Origin: Candidatus Multivoradales bacterium
Lineage (GTDB): Bacteria > Acidobacteriota > Thermoanaerobaculia > Multivoradales > JAHEKO01
DNA: 64,000 nucleotides
Assembly: GCA_965248055.1 (NCBI GenBank)
Contig: CBDFIJ010000004.1
Location: 1,536,001-1,600,000, forward strand
Direction: 5' to 3'
Shown here: in pieces, positions 9,942 to 19,734 of the stretch
Numbering within the stretch: the first letter of the stretch is position 1
Layout: each line of letters begins with the position of its first letter
Position numbers and translations under genes: made by a program
Notes under the pieces: generated by a model
Databases searched by the model: none
What the model was told of the DNA's origin: nothing
Seen by the model: the letters and a program-made list of their open reading frames with translations, nothing else

Positions 9942-11003
9942 GTGAGAATTCTCATCCTGCGCACCAGCGCGATGGGCGACATCGTCCATTCTTTGCCGGT
10001 TCTCGCTGCGCTACGCCAAGACATCCCTGACGCCAAGATCGGCTGGGTGGTCGAGCACCCGTTCGCTCCGCTACTGCAAGGCCACCGAGACCTGGAGGTG
10101 GTCTTTGAGGTCGAACTGCGGCGCTGGCGCAAAGACTTGAGAGAGGGTCTGCGTTCGGGCTCCCGGGTTCGGCGCCGAATTGACGAATTCAATGCCGACC
10201 TGGTCCTCGATCTGATGGGCAACCACAAAGCCGGCGCGATTGCCGCTCTGGTTCGCGCGCCCCGCGTTTTGGGCCTGCAGCGTGAAGACAGGCGAGAGCC
10301 CACGAGTGCAATGTGGATGACTGAAACCGTCCCTGCAACCGGCGTTCACGCGGTTGATCGCACACTCTCGATTCTGCGCGGCCTAGACATCAACCCCGGC
10401 CCCGCGGACTTTCAACCAACCGAGATCCTCACGGCGAACGAAGGTCCAATGCCTCCAGCCGATCCCTATTTCGTAATCCAGCTTGGCGCCGGGTGGGTCA
10501 ACAAAGCATATCCCACGGCCTCTTGGGCTGAGGTCGCCCAACAACTGGCCAGCGATACCGGATTGTCGGGTTATCTCGCCTATGGGCCCGGCGATCAGCA
10601 GCTCGCTGAGGAGACCATTGCCTCTTCATCCGGCGGTTTGATCGGTTCGGTTCCTTCCGGACTCGGCAACCTGGGACAGTGGCTTCGTACCGCCAAACTG
10701 GTACTCGGTTCCGACACCGGTCCGGTCCACTTGGCGCACGCCCTCGGGACCCCGGTATTAATGGTGATGGGACCTACTGATCCCCTGCGTCACGGCCCTT
10801 ACTTGATGCCGCACAACACGGTCTCGCTGGAATTGCCCTGTCGCGCTTGCTATCAGCGGTTTGACACCATCAAATCTTGCCTCAGTCAACTTCCAGCCAA
10901 CGCCATCGCAAGCCGCGCAGCGCAGCTAGTGAGAGGTAGACGGTTGACCACAGATACCTCGATGCTTAGACTCGCTGGAACTTGCCTGACGCCTTGTGGG
11001 TAG
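9942..11003 (+). CDS. LPS heptosyltransferase (GT9, WaaC/WaaF-like)
   Basis: RTSAMGDIVHSLP and GSDTGPVHLAHALGTP motifs; follows the heptose kinase. Confidence 0.9.
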   Translation: MRILILRTSAMGDIVHSLPVLAALRQDIPDAKIGWVVEHPFAPLLQGHRDLEVVFEVELRRWRKDLREGLRSGSRVRRRIDEFNADLVLDLMGNHKAGAIAALVRAPRVLGLQREDRREPTSAMWMTETVPATGVHAVDRTLSILRGLDINPGPADFQPTEILTANEGPMPPADPYFVIQLGAGWVNKAYPTASWAEVAQQLASDTGLSGYLAYGPGDQQLAEETIASSSGGLIGSVPSGLGNLGQWLRTAKLVLGSDTGPVHLAHALGTPVLMVMGPTDPLRHGPYLMPHNTVSLELPCRACYQRFDTIKSCLSQLPANAIASRAAQLVRGRRLTTDTSMLRLAGTCLTPCG

Positions 11004-11057
11004 ATACAAAAACGAGCCGAGGACGCAGTTGGGAACGATTATTCGAGTGCATTTTCA

Positions 11058-12782
11058 ATGAGCGAGCGCTTAGGAGAACTACTGGTCACTGCGGAACGAA
11101 TTAGTTCCGATCAACTGGATCAGGCACTGAACACTCAGCGGGAACTAGGGGGTCGCCTGGGGAGCCACCTGATCCAACTGGGAGCGCTGTCGGAATCAGA
11201 ACTGGTGCAGTTTCTCTCCGAGCAGCATGAAGTGCCGTCAGTGGACCTCAGCGAAGTACAAATCGACGACTCGGTGCTCAACTTGATCCCGCGCGATCTG
11301 TGCATCAAATACACCATGATCCCGGTGTCTCGATCCGGGGCCAAGGTGACAGTGGCGATGGCCGATCCGGCCAATGTTTTTGCCCTCGACGACATCAAGT
11401 TCAGCACCGGGTATAACGTCGAACCGGTGGTTGCCACCGAGTCGGCCTTGATCGCGGCGATTGATCGCTACTACGGATCCACCCACGCGATCGAACTCAA
11501 GCGGGTCATGGATGACCTGCGCGAAGACGAAGAGATCCCAGAAGACCTCGAACTGCTCGAGGACGAAGAGGAACTCGATCTCGACACCCTGGAACAGCAG
11601 TCCGGAGAGGCGCCGGTGGTTCGGTTGGTGAACATGATGCTCACCGACGCGATCAAGCAAGCGGCGTCGGATATCCACCTGGAACCTTACGAGCGAGAAC
11701 TGCGTGTGCGACTGCGCATCGACGGCGTCTTGCACGAGACTATGAAGCCTCCACTCAAGCTTCGTGAAGCGATTACCAGCCGACTCAAAATTATGGCCAA
11801 GCTGGACATCGCCGAGAAACGCCTGCCTCAAGACGGGCGGATTCGTGTCAAGACCCGGATTAAGGGTCGGATCAAAGACCTCGACATTCGTGTTTCAACG
11901 CTCCCGGCGATCCACGGCGAGAAGGTCGTTTTGCGGCTGTTGGATAAAGACCAGTTGCAACTTGATATGACCAAACTTGGCTTCGAACCCGAGTCCCTGA
12001 GGCGCTTCGAGCACGCGATTCACCAGCCCTACGGCATGGTGCTAGTCACTGGACCCACCGGTTCCGGTAAGACCAACACCTTGTACTCAGCTCTATCGGT
12101 GATCAGCTCGCCCAGCGTCAATATCTTGACCGCCGAAGATCCGGTCGAATTTGATCTCAAAGGGGTTAATCAGGTGCAGATGCGCGAGCGCATCGGCCTT
12201 AACTTCGCGACCGCGCTGCGCTCTTTCTTGAGACAGGATCCCAATATCGTGTTGGTGGGTGAAATTCGCGACTTTGAAACCGCCGAAGTGGCGATCAAAG
12301 CTGCCCTCACCGGTCATTTGGTGATGTCCACTTTGCACACCAATGACGCTCCATCTTCCATCAGCCGGTTGATGAATATGGGTGTTGAACCCTTCCTGGT
12401 GGCAACTTCGGTACACATGGTGGTCGCCCAACGCTTGGTACGCAGAATTTGTACTTTCTGCAAAGAGCCGATTGACGTACCAGCTCCAGCCCTGGTTGAG
12501 GCCGGGTTTTCCGATCGTGAGGCCAAGAACGTCCGCCTGTTCCGAGGCAAAGGCTGTGATCATTGTAACCACACAGGCTACAAGGGTCGCGTCGGTTTAT
12601 TCGAAGTGATGTCGGTCGACGAAGAGCTACGCGAGCACATCCTTTCGGGAGCGACCACCGACGAACTCCGTGCAGCAGCCAAGAACAACGGAATGCTCAC
12701 CTTGCGAGAAAGCGGATTGGAGAAGATTCGCAACGGACTCACCTCGCTCGATGAGGTGACCCGGGAAACCTTCCGCCACTAG
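11058..12782 (+). CDS. pilB: Type IV-A pilus assembly ATPase PilB
   Basis: N-terminal MshEN-like RLGELL..RLG motif, ASDIHLEP, GPTGSGKT, LRQDP, STLHTNDA and tetracysteine Zn motif. Confidence 0.93.
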   Translation: MSERLGELLVTAERISSDQLDQALNTQRELGGRLGSHLIQLGALSESELVQFLSEQHEVPSVDLSEVQIDDSVLNLIPRDLCIKYTMIPVSRSGAKVTVAMADPANVFALDDIKFSTGYNVEPVVATESALIAAIDRYYGSTHAIELKRVMDDLREDEEIPEDLELLEDEEELDLDTLEQQSGEAPVVRLVNMMLTDAIKQAASDIHLEPYERELRVRLRIDGVLHETMKPPLKLREAITSRLKIMAKLDIAEKRLPQDGRIRVKTRIKGRIKDLDIRVSTLPAIHGEKVVLRLLDKDQLQLDMTKLGFEPESLRRFEHAIHQPYGMVLVTGPTGSGKTNTLYSALSVISSPSVNILTAEDPVEFDLKGVNQVQMRERIGLNFATALRSFLRQDPNIVLVGEIRDFETAEVAIKAALTGHLVMSTLHTNDAPSSISRLMNMGVEPFLVATSVHMVVAQRLVRRICTFCKEPIDVPAPALVEAGFSDREAKNVRLFRGKGCDHCNHTGYKGRVGLFEVMSVDEELREHILSGATTDELRAAAKNNGMLTLRESGLEKIRNGLTSLDEVTRETFRH

Positions 12783-12835
12783 CCGGTCCCCAATCGTCTT
12801 ACTGAATCCCCAAGGTCTCGATTCATTCTAGGCGG

Positions 12836-13369
12836 CTAGGGCAGCCACGGAGTCTCTTGTTCGCCCCTTCGGGCACCCTCAAACCGCGCCGCGACAAACA
12901 AGTAATCAGATAGCCGGTTGAGGTAGGAGATCGCGGTTGGATCGATGGCTTCCTGCTGGCTGAGCGCAACCGTTGACCTCTCGGCTCTGCGGCAAACCGT
13001 CCTAGCTAGGTGCAGACGAGTAACCGCCTCGCTCCCCGCGGGCAGAATGAAGTTGCGTAGCAGCTCCAATTCACCATTCATCCGGTCGATCCCGGTCTCC
13101 AAAACCACCACTTGGTCTTCAAACAGTGCCTCGTCGGTAGCCGCTCTTGGGTCAGCGAGCTGCGCACCGAGTCGGAACAAAGTGTCCTGCTCGCTAGCCA
13201 AGCGAGTCCGCGTCTCGGGTTGAAGATCGACCGCCAACAGCCACCCCAGTACCGAGTTAAGTTCATCTGCGTCGCCGTAAGCAGCCACCCGAGGGTCGGC
13301 TTTGCTCACCCGTCGACCCCCGCAGAGCCCGGTGGTTCCATCATCCCCGGTCTTGGTATAGATCTTCAT
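12836..13369 (-). CDS. pduO: ATP:cob(I)alamin adenosyltransferase, PduO type
   Basis: MKIYTKTGDDG, GDADELNS, RTVCRRAER and YLNRLSD motifs. Confidence 0.93.
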   Translation of the reverse strand: MKIYTKTGDDGTTGLCGGRRVSKADPRVAAYGDADELNSVLGWLLAVDLQPETRTRLASEQDTLFRLGAQLADPRAATDEALFEDQVVVLETGIDRMNGELELLRNFILPAGSEAVTRLHLARTVCRRAERSTVALSQQEAIDPTAISYLNRLSDYLFVAARFEGARRGEQETPWLP

Positions 13370-13453
13370 GCTTTCGCTCCCGCTGGTCTTCCCCTGGATA
13401 TCACTTGCCACCCACGAAGTTTTCGGCACCAGCACCGGTATTCTAGGGGGACC

Positions 13454-15226
13454 GTGCGCGATCCCCGAATCATTCTCCAAAGCCCAGCTTCCACCAGCGG
13501 CTGGTGGGACTTCTCCGATGTAGTCGAAATGGTCGCCGCGACTAGCGTCGAGAAAATTGAGCCGCTGTTGTCGCGAGTCTCCGAATGGGTAGATCGGGGT
13601 GGTTGGGCCGCGGGCATATTGAGCTATGAAGCCGCGCCCGCGTTTGAACCGACCTTCGCCACTCTTGGCCCCGCTGCGGACGGCCCACCACTCGCTTGGT
13701 TCGCTCTGGTTCGCCGGCCCAGAGAGGTGACTTTGCCGGTCGGCAAAGCTGTCCAGCTTCCGAATTGGCGGGCGAAGGTCGCCAAAGCAGACTACCTAGC
13801 CAAGATCGAGGAAATCCACCGACAGATTGCTCTGGGCAATACCTACCAAGTGAACATCACGGTTCCTTTGCAAGCGTCAAACCCACCCGATCCCTGGTCC
13901 TGGTTCCTTGCCTCCCTCAGTTCCCATCGTCGATCCTGCCAAGCGTTTATCGAAATCCCTGACCCGGCGCGACACCGACCGTGGTCGATTATCTCGCTGT
14001 CCCCTGAGTTGTTTTTTCGACTCGACGGCAAGCGCATCTGGAGCCGACCGATGAAGGGAACCGCCCGACCCGGTCGTGACCTCGACGAAACCATGGCTTC
14101 TGCTCGACAATTGGCTTCCAGCGAAAAGAACCGAGCAGAGAACGTGATGATTGTCGACATGGTGCGCAACGACCTGGGGCGGATTGCCGAACCTGGCTCG
14201 GTCGAAGTACCTGAGATATTTCAGATTGAACATCACCCAACCGTATTGCAAATGACCTCTACGGTGAGCGCTTTGACTGACGCCACTTTGGAAAAGATTT
14301 TCTCAGCCTTGTTTCCTTGCGCCTCGATCACCGGGGCGCCAAAAATCTCCACCGCCACGGTTATCTCCGCGCTAGAAGTGCAACCACGCGGCATCTACAC
14401 CGGGGCCATCGGCTGGGTTGGGCCGAATCGACAAGCACGATTTGGGGTGGCAATTCGCACCGCGGTGGTCGACGGAGAACGGCAAACCGCTGAGTACAGC
14501 GTCGGCGGTGGGGTGGTCTGGGACTCTGTCGCCGAGGACGAGTTCGCTGAGTGCGCCACCAAGGCGCGCATCGTCAGTCGACCGCAGCCCAGCTACCAAC
14601 TTCTGGAAACCCTACTGTGGGAGCCAACCCGCGGTGCAGTCTTGGCGAGCCAGCACCGGCGCAGACTCAAAGACTCGGCGCGCCATTTCGGAGTCGAGGT
14701 GGACACGTCAGTACTCAGCCAAGAAATCGAGGCTCTGGTGGATGACAAACGGCCATCCACCGCCTTTCCCGTCAGGATCACCGCCGAACCCAACCAGCCA
14801 ATCAGAGCCTCACGCACCGATCTCGGACCGAACCCTGATCGTTCCGTGGTTTGTTTCGCCACGCTAGACGTCTCGATTGATGACCCCAGAGTGTGGCACA
14901 AGACCACCTCTCGAGAGCCCTACCAACATGCCCTGGGTTCTCAGCCCGGAGTCGACGACGTCTTGCTGATCAACCGGGACGGCGAAGTAACCGAGTCCAC
15001 CATTGCCAATCTGGTGCTATTTTTGGACGGCAAGTGGCTAACGCCGCGACGAGTCGCTGGCTGTCTCAACGGCACTCTGCGTTCGATGCTGCTACAAGCG
15101 GGAGTAATCGAGGAAGCACAGGTCACACCGTCGATGGTGCGCAAAGCACAGCGCCTCTATCTGATCAATTCGGTGCGTGGTTGGATTCCGACACGGCTGG
15201 TGGAATCTGAGCAAGGCCCCGCTTAG
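13454..15226 (+). CDS. pabB: Aminodeoxychorismate synthase component I fused to class IV aminotransferase/ADC lyase
   Basis: SPELF, PMKGT, ENVMIVDMVRNDLG, FPCASITGAPK, then LLET, HKTT and ESTIAN; start re-called to GTG 13454. Confidence 0.9.
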   Translation: MRDPRIILQSPASTSGWWDFSDVVEMVAATSVEKIEPLLSRVSEWVDRGGWAAGILSYEAAPAFEPTFATLGPAADGPPLAWFALVRRPREVTLPVGKAVQLPNWRAKVAKADYLAKIEEIHRQIALGNTYQVNITVPLQASNPPDPWSWFLASLSSHRRSCQAFIEIPDPARHRPWSIISLSPELFFRLDGKRIWSRPMKGTARPGRDLDETMASARQLASSEKNRAENVMIVDMVRNDLGRIAEPGSVEVPEIFQIEHHPTVLQMTSTVSALTDATLEKIFSALFPCASITGAPKISTATVISALEVQPRGIYTGAIGWVGPNRQARFGVAIRTAVVDGERQTAEYSVGGGVVWDSVAEDEFAECATKARIVSRPQPSYQLLETLLWEPTRGAVLASQHRRRLKDSARHFGVEVDTSVLSQEIEALVDDKRPSTAFPVRITAEPNQPIRASRTDLGPNPDRSVVCFATLDVSIDDPRVWHKTTSREPYQHALGSQPGVDDVLLINRDGEVTESTIANLVLFLDGKWLTPRRVAGCLNGTLRSMLLQAGVIEEAQVTPSMVRKAQRLYLINSVRGWIPTRLVESEQGPA

Positions 15227-15229
15227 CGA

Positions 15230-16015
15230 TCAACCGTAGCGACCCTCAATGTAGTCCGCAGTCTCTTGATGCTTGGGGCTGACAAACATCTTGTCGGTTT
15301 CCGAGTGTTCGATGATCTCACCGAGCAGCATAAATACACACTCATCGCTGGCACGCCGTGCTTGGGCCATATTGTGGGTAACAATCAAGATGCTGTAATC
15401 ACCCCGTAAATCCCAGATTAATTCTTCAATCGCCTCGGTTCCCGCTGGGTCGAGCGCCGAACACGGTTCGTCCATCAGCAAAACCGACGGCTTAACCGGC
15501 AGCAGCCGAGCGATACACAGCTTCTGCTGCTCTTCCAGGGAGAGGTCGGTCGCCGCGCGATTTAGTCGATCCTTGACGGTGTCCCAAAGAAGAACCTGAC
15601 GCAAGGCTTGCTCGACAATCTCATCCTCTTTCCGTGCCGAGTCTTTGACCCCAGAGTCACGATGCGTGCGGTGACCAAATAAGACATTGTCGCGAATCGA
15701 AAGGGGCAGCGGGTTCGGCCGTTGAAAGACCATGCCGACCTGTTTGCGCACTTGGACCAGCTCAACATCGTCGCTCAAAATATTCTGACCCAAGACCTCG
15801 ATGGTGCCGGTGGTGCGAACGGATCCCAGGCGCTCGTTGATCCGATTGATGCTGCACAGCAGGGTCGACTTGCCGCAGCCTGAGGGACCGATCATCGCCG
15901 TCACCTTGCCCTGCAGTACGTCCAGGTCGACGTCTTGCAGCGCCTGGAACAGGCCGTACCACAGGTTCAACTGGCGGGTTGAGATTGCTGGTGAGTCTGC
16001 TGCGGACTTAGCCAA
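15230..16015 (-). CDS. pstB: Phosphate ABC transporter ATPase PstB, copy 2 (degenerate signature motif)
   Basis: GPSGCGKST, VFQRPNP, DEPCSALDP, VTHNMAQA and YIEGRYG; signature reads LSLEEQQK. Start uncertain. Confidence 0.92.
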   Translation of the reverse strand: MAKSAADSPAISTRQLNLWYGLFQALQDVDLDVLQGKVTAMIGPSGCGKSTLLCSINRINERLGSVRTTGTIEVLGQNILSDDVELVQVRKQVGMVFQRPNPLPLSIRDNVLFGHRTHRDSGVKDSARKEDEIVEQALRQVLLWDTVKDRLNRAATDLSLEEQQKLCIARLLPVKPSVLLMDEPCSALDPAGTEAIEELIWDLRGDYSILIVTHNMAQARRASDECVFMLLGEIIEHSETDKMFVSPKHQETADYIEGRYG

Positions 16016-16790
16016 AACGACCCTCCAGATAGTCCTGAGTTCGCTGATCCTGGGTCTTGCCGCTAAACAGATCTTTGGTCTTGCCCACCTCGACAAGTTC
16101 ACCGGTGAGGAAAAAGGCGGTGCGATCAGCCAAACGTGCAGCCTGCTGCACTAGGTTGGTCACCAAAACAATCGTCATTTCGTCGCGCAAGTCCTTGAGC
16201 ACGTCTTCGATGCGCATGGTGGTAACCGGATCGACAGCGATCGAGAACTCATCCAACAGGAGAATAGCTGGCCGTTGAGACAGCGCCCGAGCGATAGTCA
16301 ATCGCTGCTGCTGTCCACCCGACAGCAAGCTGCCAAGAGAATCTAGCCGGTCTTTGACCTCGTCCCAAAGGGCAGCCCGGGTAAGGCAGCGCTCGACGAT
16401 GTCATCGAGGTCAGCCTTCTTGCGCGTTCCTCTCAACCGCGGAGCCAACGCCACGTTGTCGTAGACCGACAGCGGCAGCCCCACCGGCAGAGGGAACACA
16501 ACGCCGATAAGACGGCGCAAAGCGTAGAGGTTGCGCCATTTCTTGACGTCCTTGCCGTCCAGCAGAATCTCACCTTCGGTTTCCATGCTGGGAACGAATT
16601 GGTCCATGCGGTTCAGGGCGTGTAGAAACGAAGTCTTGCCACTGCCAGCAGGACCGACAATGCCAAAGATCTCGTGCTCGTGAACCTCGAAGGAAGCCCC
16701 TTCTAGCGCTACTTTGTCTCCGTAGCGAATCGTTAGATCGCGAACTTCGATCTTAGGCTGCTGGGTAGCGGCCTTGGGTTTCGCTACCAC
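16008..16790 (-). CDS. pstB: Phosphate ABC transporter ATPase PstB, copy 1 (degenerate Q- and H-loops)
   Basis: GPAGSGKT, LSGGQQQR and YLEGRFG; Q-loop reads VFPLP and switch reads VTNLVQQA. Confidence 0.92.
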   Translation of the reverse strand: MVAKPKAATQQPKIEVRDLTIRYGDKVALEGASFEVHEHEIFGIVGPAGSGKTSFLHALNRMDQFVPSMETEGEILLDGKDVKKWRNLYALRRLIGVVFPLPVGLPLSVYDNVALAPRLRGTRKKADLDDIVERCLTRAALWDEVKDRLDSLGSLLSGGQQQRLTIARALSQRPAILLLDEFSIAVDPVTTMRIEDVLKDLRDEMTIVLVTNLVQQAARLADRTAFFLTGELVEVGKTKDLFSGKTQDQRTQDYLEGRFG

Positions 16791-17653
16791 TTTTTCTTCC
16801 CTCGCAAGTAAGTGCGAAAACCAATCGAGGTCGCGTTCATCGCCAGAACCATGCCGATCAAAACCAACGCCACCCCGAACGGCAAAGCTTCTGGAACCTC
16901 GGGCACCTGAGTCGAGACGACAAACAAATGCAATGACATCGCCATGGTTTGGTCGAAAACACTCTCGGGAAGAAAAGGCAGGAAGAAAGCCGCGCCGGTA
17001 AACATGATCGGGGCGGTCTCCCCGGCGGTGCGTGAGACCTCGAGGATGACGCCGGTCAAAATACCGCTGATCGAGTTGGGCAAGACCACCTTGCGGATGG
17101 TCTGCCACCGGGTTGCCCCCATATTCCAGCAAGCTTCTCGAAAGGCGTAGGGCACCGCCTGCAACGATTCTTTGGTCGCCACGATCACCACCGGCAGGGT
17201 CATTACCGCCAGAGTCAAACTGGCCGCAAGAATACTGGTCCCAAAACGAAAGAAAAGCACAAACGCGCCAACTCCGAACAGTGCGTGGACGATCGACGGC
17301 ACCCCCGCTAGATTGATGATCGCCAAGTTGATCGCGCGGGTCAGCCAGTTGTCCGGCGCGTACTCGGAAAGATAAACCGCGGCAGCGACGCCAATCGGAA
17401 TTGACGCCAGTAGCGCCACCACCACCAACCACACTGTGCCCACCAGAGCGGGAAGAATTCCTCCCTCAGTCATGCCGTTGGTCGGCTCGGACAGCAGGAA
17501 ATCCAGCGACAGAGCCGGACTTCCCTTGTAGATCAAAATCCCCAAGATCACCACCACTGGCAACACCAGCAGTAGGGTCATCATCAAGAACAGCAGCCGC
17601 CAAAGTCTTTCGACCTTACGATTGCGCTGGTTCAGTTTGGTGGTTTGAAACAT
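16784..17653 (-). CDS. pstA: Phosphate ABC transporter permease PstA
   Basis: NLAGVPSIVHALFG and SRTAGETAPI motifs. Confidence 0.95.
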   Translation of the reverse strand: MFQTTKLNQRNRKVERLWRLLFLMMTLLLVLPVVVILGILIYKGSPALSLDFLLSEPTNGMTEGGILPALVGTVWLVVVALLASIPIGVAAAVYLSEYAPDNWLTRAINLAIINLAGVPSIVHALFGVGAFVLFFRFGTSILAASLTLAVMTLPVVIVATKESLQAVPYAFREACWNMGATRWQTIRKVVLPNSISGILTGVILEVSRTAGETAPIMFTGAAFFLPFLPESVFDQTMAMSLHLFVVSTQVPEVPEALPFGVALVLIGMVLAMNATSIGFRTYLRGKKKW

Positions 17654-17656
17654 CGC

Positions 17657-18574
17657 CTACTTGCGCCGAATGCCGCGAATCACCAGATCCGCGGTCAGGT
17701 TGATTACGAAAGTCACCACAAACAACAGAATGCCCAGGGTAAACAAAGCTCGGTAGTGATCAGACCCCACCGCCGTTTCGCCTAGTTCTGCGGCGATGGT
17801 GGCGGTCAACGCCCGTACCGAGTCGAATGGACTGGTCGGCAAATTGATCGAATGCCCACTGGCCATCAACACCGCCATGGTTTCGCCAAATCCCCGTCCG
17901 ACGCCCAACAAGATTGCTGCAACCAGCCCATTCTTGGCCGCGGGCAGAGCCACCCCACGCACCACCTGCCAACGGGTCGCACCCATGGCTTCAGCGGCCT
18001 CTCGATAGGTGTCGGGCACCGCTTTGAGCGCGTCTTCGGCGATCGTGGTCATGATCGGCGCCGCCATTAAGCCCAAAATGATCCCCGCATTGAGCACGTT
18101 GAGGCCGACCGGAACATTGAACCACTGAATGATCAACGGGTTCATGATCGACAGGCCGATGAAACCCCACACCACCGACGGGATCGCCGCCAGCATCTCA
18201 ACCGATACCTTGAGAACTTCGCGAGTGCGTCCGCTAGCAAATTCAGCAATGTAGATCGCTGCACCGAGCGAGAACGGCACCGCCACCAACATCGCCAACC
18301 CGGTAACGCTGGCGGTTCCAGCGATCAGAGCCAGAATGCCGTAGGTCGGGTTGTTGTCCGAAGTCGGGCGCCATTTGATTGAACCAAAGAACTCACCAAA
18401 ATCGAGCGCGTTGACGATAAAAGGAATTCCCTCGCGGCCAATAAAAACAAAGATCCCCAAGACCAGAACAATTCCGGAAATACCACCCGCAAAGATCAGT
18501 ACCTGGGCCAGTTTGTCCACGTACCACGCTAGATCACGGCGATCGATCGCGCTGGAATCTATTCCCGTCGCCAC
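17657..18574 (-). CDS. pstC: Phosphate ABC transporter permease PstC
   Basis: LAAIPSVVWG and GRGFGETMAV motifs. Confidence 0.95.
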   Translation of the reverse strand: MATGIDSSAIDRRDLAWYVDKLAQVLIFAGGISGIVLVLGIFVFIGREGIPFIVNALDFGEFFGSIKWRPTSDNNPTYGILALIAGTASVTGLAMLVAVPFSLGAAIYIAEFASGRTREVLKVSVEMLAAIPSVVWGFIGLSIMNPLIIQWFNVPVGLNVLNAGIILGLMAAPIMTTIAEDALKAVPDTYREAAEAMGATRWQVVRGVALPAAKNGLVAAILLGVGRGFGETMAVLMASGHSINLPTSPFDSVRALTATIAAELGETAVGSDHYRALFTLGILLFVVTFVINLTADLVIRGIRRK

Positions 18575-18576
18575 AC

Positions 18577-19674
18577 TCAGTCCACTTCTTTGCCGCGAAC
18601 CATTTCCATCAAGCGTCCGATCTCGTGCTTGAGATTGCGGAAGGCAACTTCCAACGCCTCACCGGCAGCCTCGGGATCAAGGCCATTCGGGGGATCTCCA
18701 ACCTGCCATTCGACAACCACTGTCTGCAGGGGCAGCAAATTATGACCAAAGCGCTCGATCGGATCGCCGTCCAAGCTCACCACGACCTCAAAATCCATGA
18801 CTCCAGCGCCAAGCTGTTCGAGTGTCGAAGGCGACAACTCTCCTGAGTCCAACCCCCGCAATTCCATAAACCTCCGACTGTTGGGCTCCAGTTCTTCGGC
18901 TTCAGTCCAGCCCGCGCTGGCGAATAGGTTGGAACCTGAAAAGGCTTTGGTCGCGTAGGCGACGGCGAGTTGGGTCAAGGCGTCGTCGCGCTCGGCGACA
19001 AAGAGCACACGCGACAAGCGTTTCTTGGTCATTTGACCGGTGGCGACGAAGATGGTCTCTTCGCAGATGTTCTCCGCCTGATCCGCGACTCGTCGCAGAG
19101 CGCTGATCGCCGCACCCAGTGACAATACGTCCCTGATCGATCTGGTTCCCGCCTCGCCTTCTGCCAGCAAGTCTTTGCCCATCTGACGCAACAAGATTTT
19201 GGCAGCGCGAGATAACTGGAAGGTTCCGGTCGCCAGATCCGAGTTCTCCTCATCAAAGGCATGTGCAGCTTGCTGCAAAAGCTTGCGTATCTGATCTCCG
19301 TAGAGTTCAAAATCAGCAATCACTTGTTCTGGAGGAACCTGCTCGAGATGCACCCCTTGGCGCGCAATGATCGCCGCATAGTCACCGACTCTCTCCAGCG
19401 CTACGCTCAGCCGCAGTACTGAAGAAACAAAACGCAAGTGTCCGGCGCTGGGCAAGTGTAGAGCAACAAACGCATGACACTTGCCGTCCAGCTTGCGCAC
19501 CCGCCGGTTAACCACCAGATCACCGAGGGCAATCTCAGCAGCCATCTGGCGATCGCCTATAACCAATGCCTGAATCGCGTCGCCAATGGCGCCGTCAACT
19601 CGTTCGACCAACTCTCGAACGCGTCCGCGGATGTTGCTGAGATCGTGCTCCAGTCGTTCCTCGTAGTGACTCAT
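18577..19674 (-). CDS. phoU: PhoU fused to a C-terminal LMW-PTP/ArsC-like domain
   Basis: Two PhoU repeats (LERVGDYA, LRRVADQAENICE) plus about 150 extra aa (RVLFVAERDDALTQLA..SAG..EWQVGDP). Confidence 0.88.
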   Translation of the reverse strand: MSHYEERLEHDLSNIRGRVRELVERVDGAIGDAIQALVIGDRQMAAEIALGDLVVNRRVRKLDGKCHAFVALHLPSAGHLRFVSSVLRLSVALERVGDYAAIIARQGVHLEQVPPEQVIADFELYGDQIRKLLQQAAHAFDEENSDLATGTFQLSRAAKILLRQMGKDLLAEGEAGTRSIRDVLSLGAAISALRRVADQAENICEETIFVATGQMTKKRLSRVLFVAERDDALTQLAVAYATKAFSGSNLFASAGWTEAEELEPNSRRFMELRGLDSGELSPSTLEQLGAGVMDFEVVVSLDGDPIERFGHNLLPLQTVVVEWQVGDPPNGLDPEAAGEALEVAFRNLKHEIGRLMEMVRGKEVD

Positions 19675-19734
19675 GATGGGCCTCCCGTTGTCATCCTACT
19701 TCGCTCCAACCGTCAGGCTGGACTGGTGAATCGA

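Noticed and set aside
16791-17432. Apparent 474-aa PstB with a long N-terminal domain
   Set aside because: The extension overlaps pstA in another frame; the real start is near 16790.
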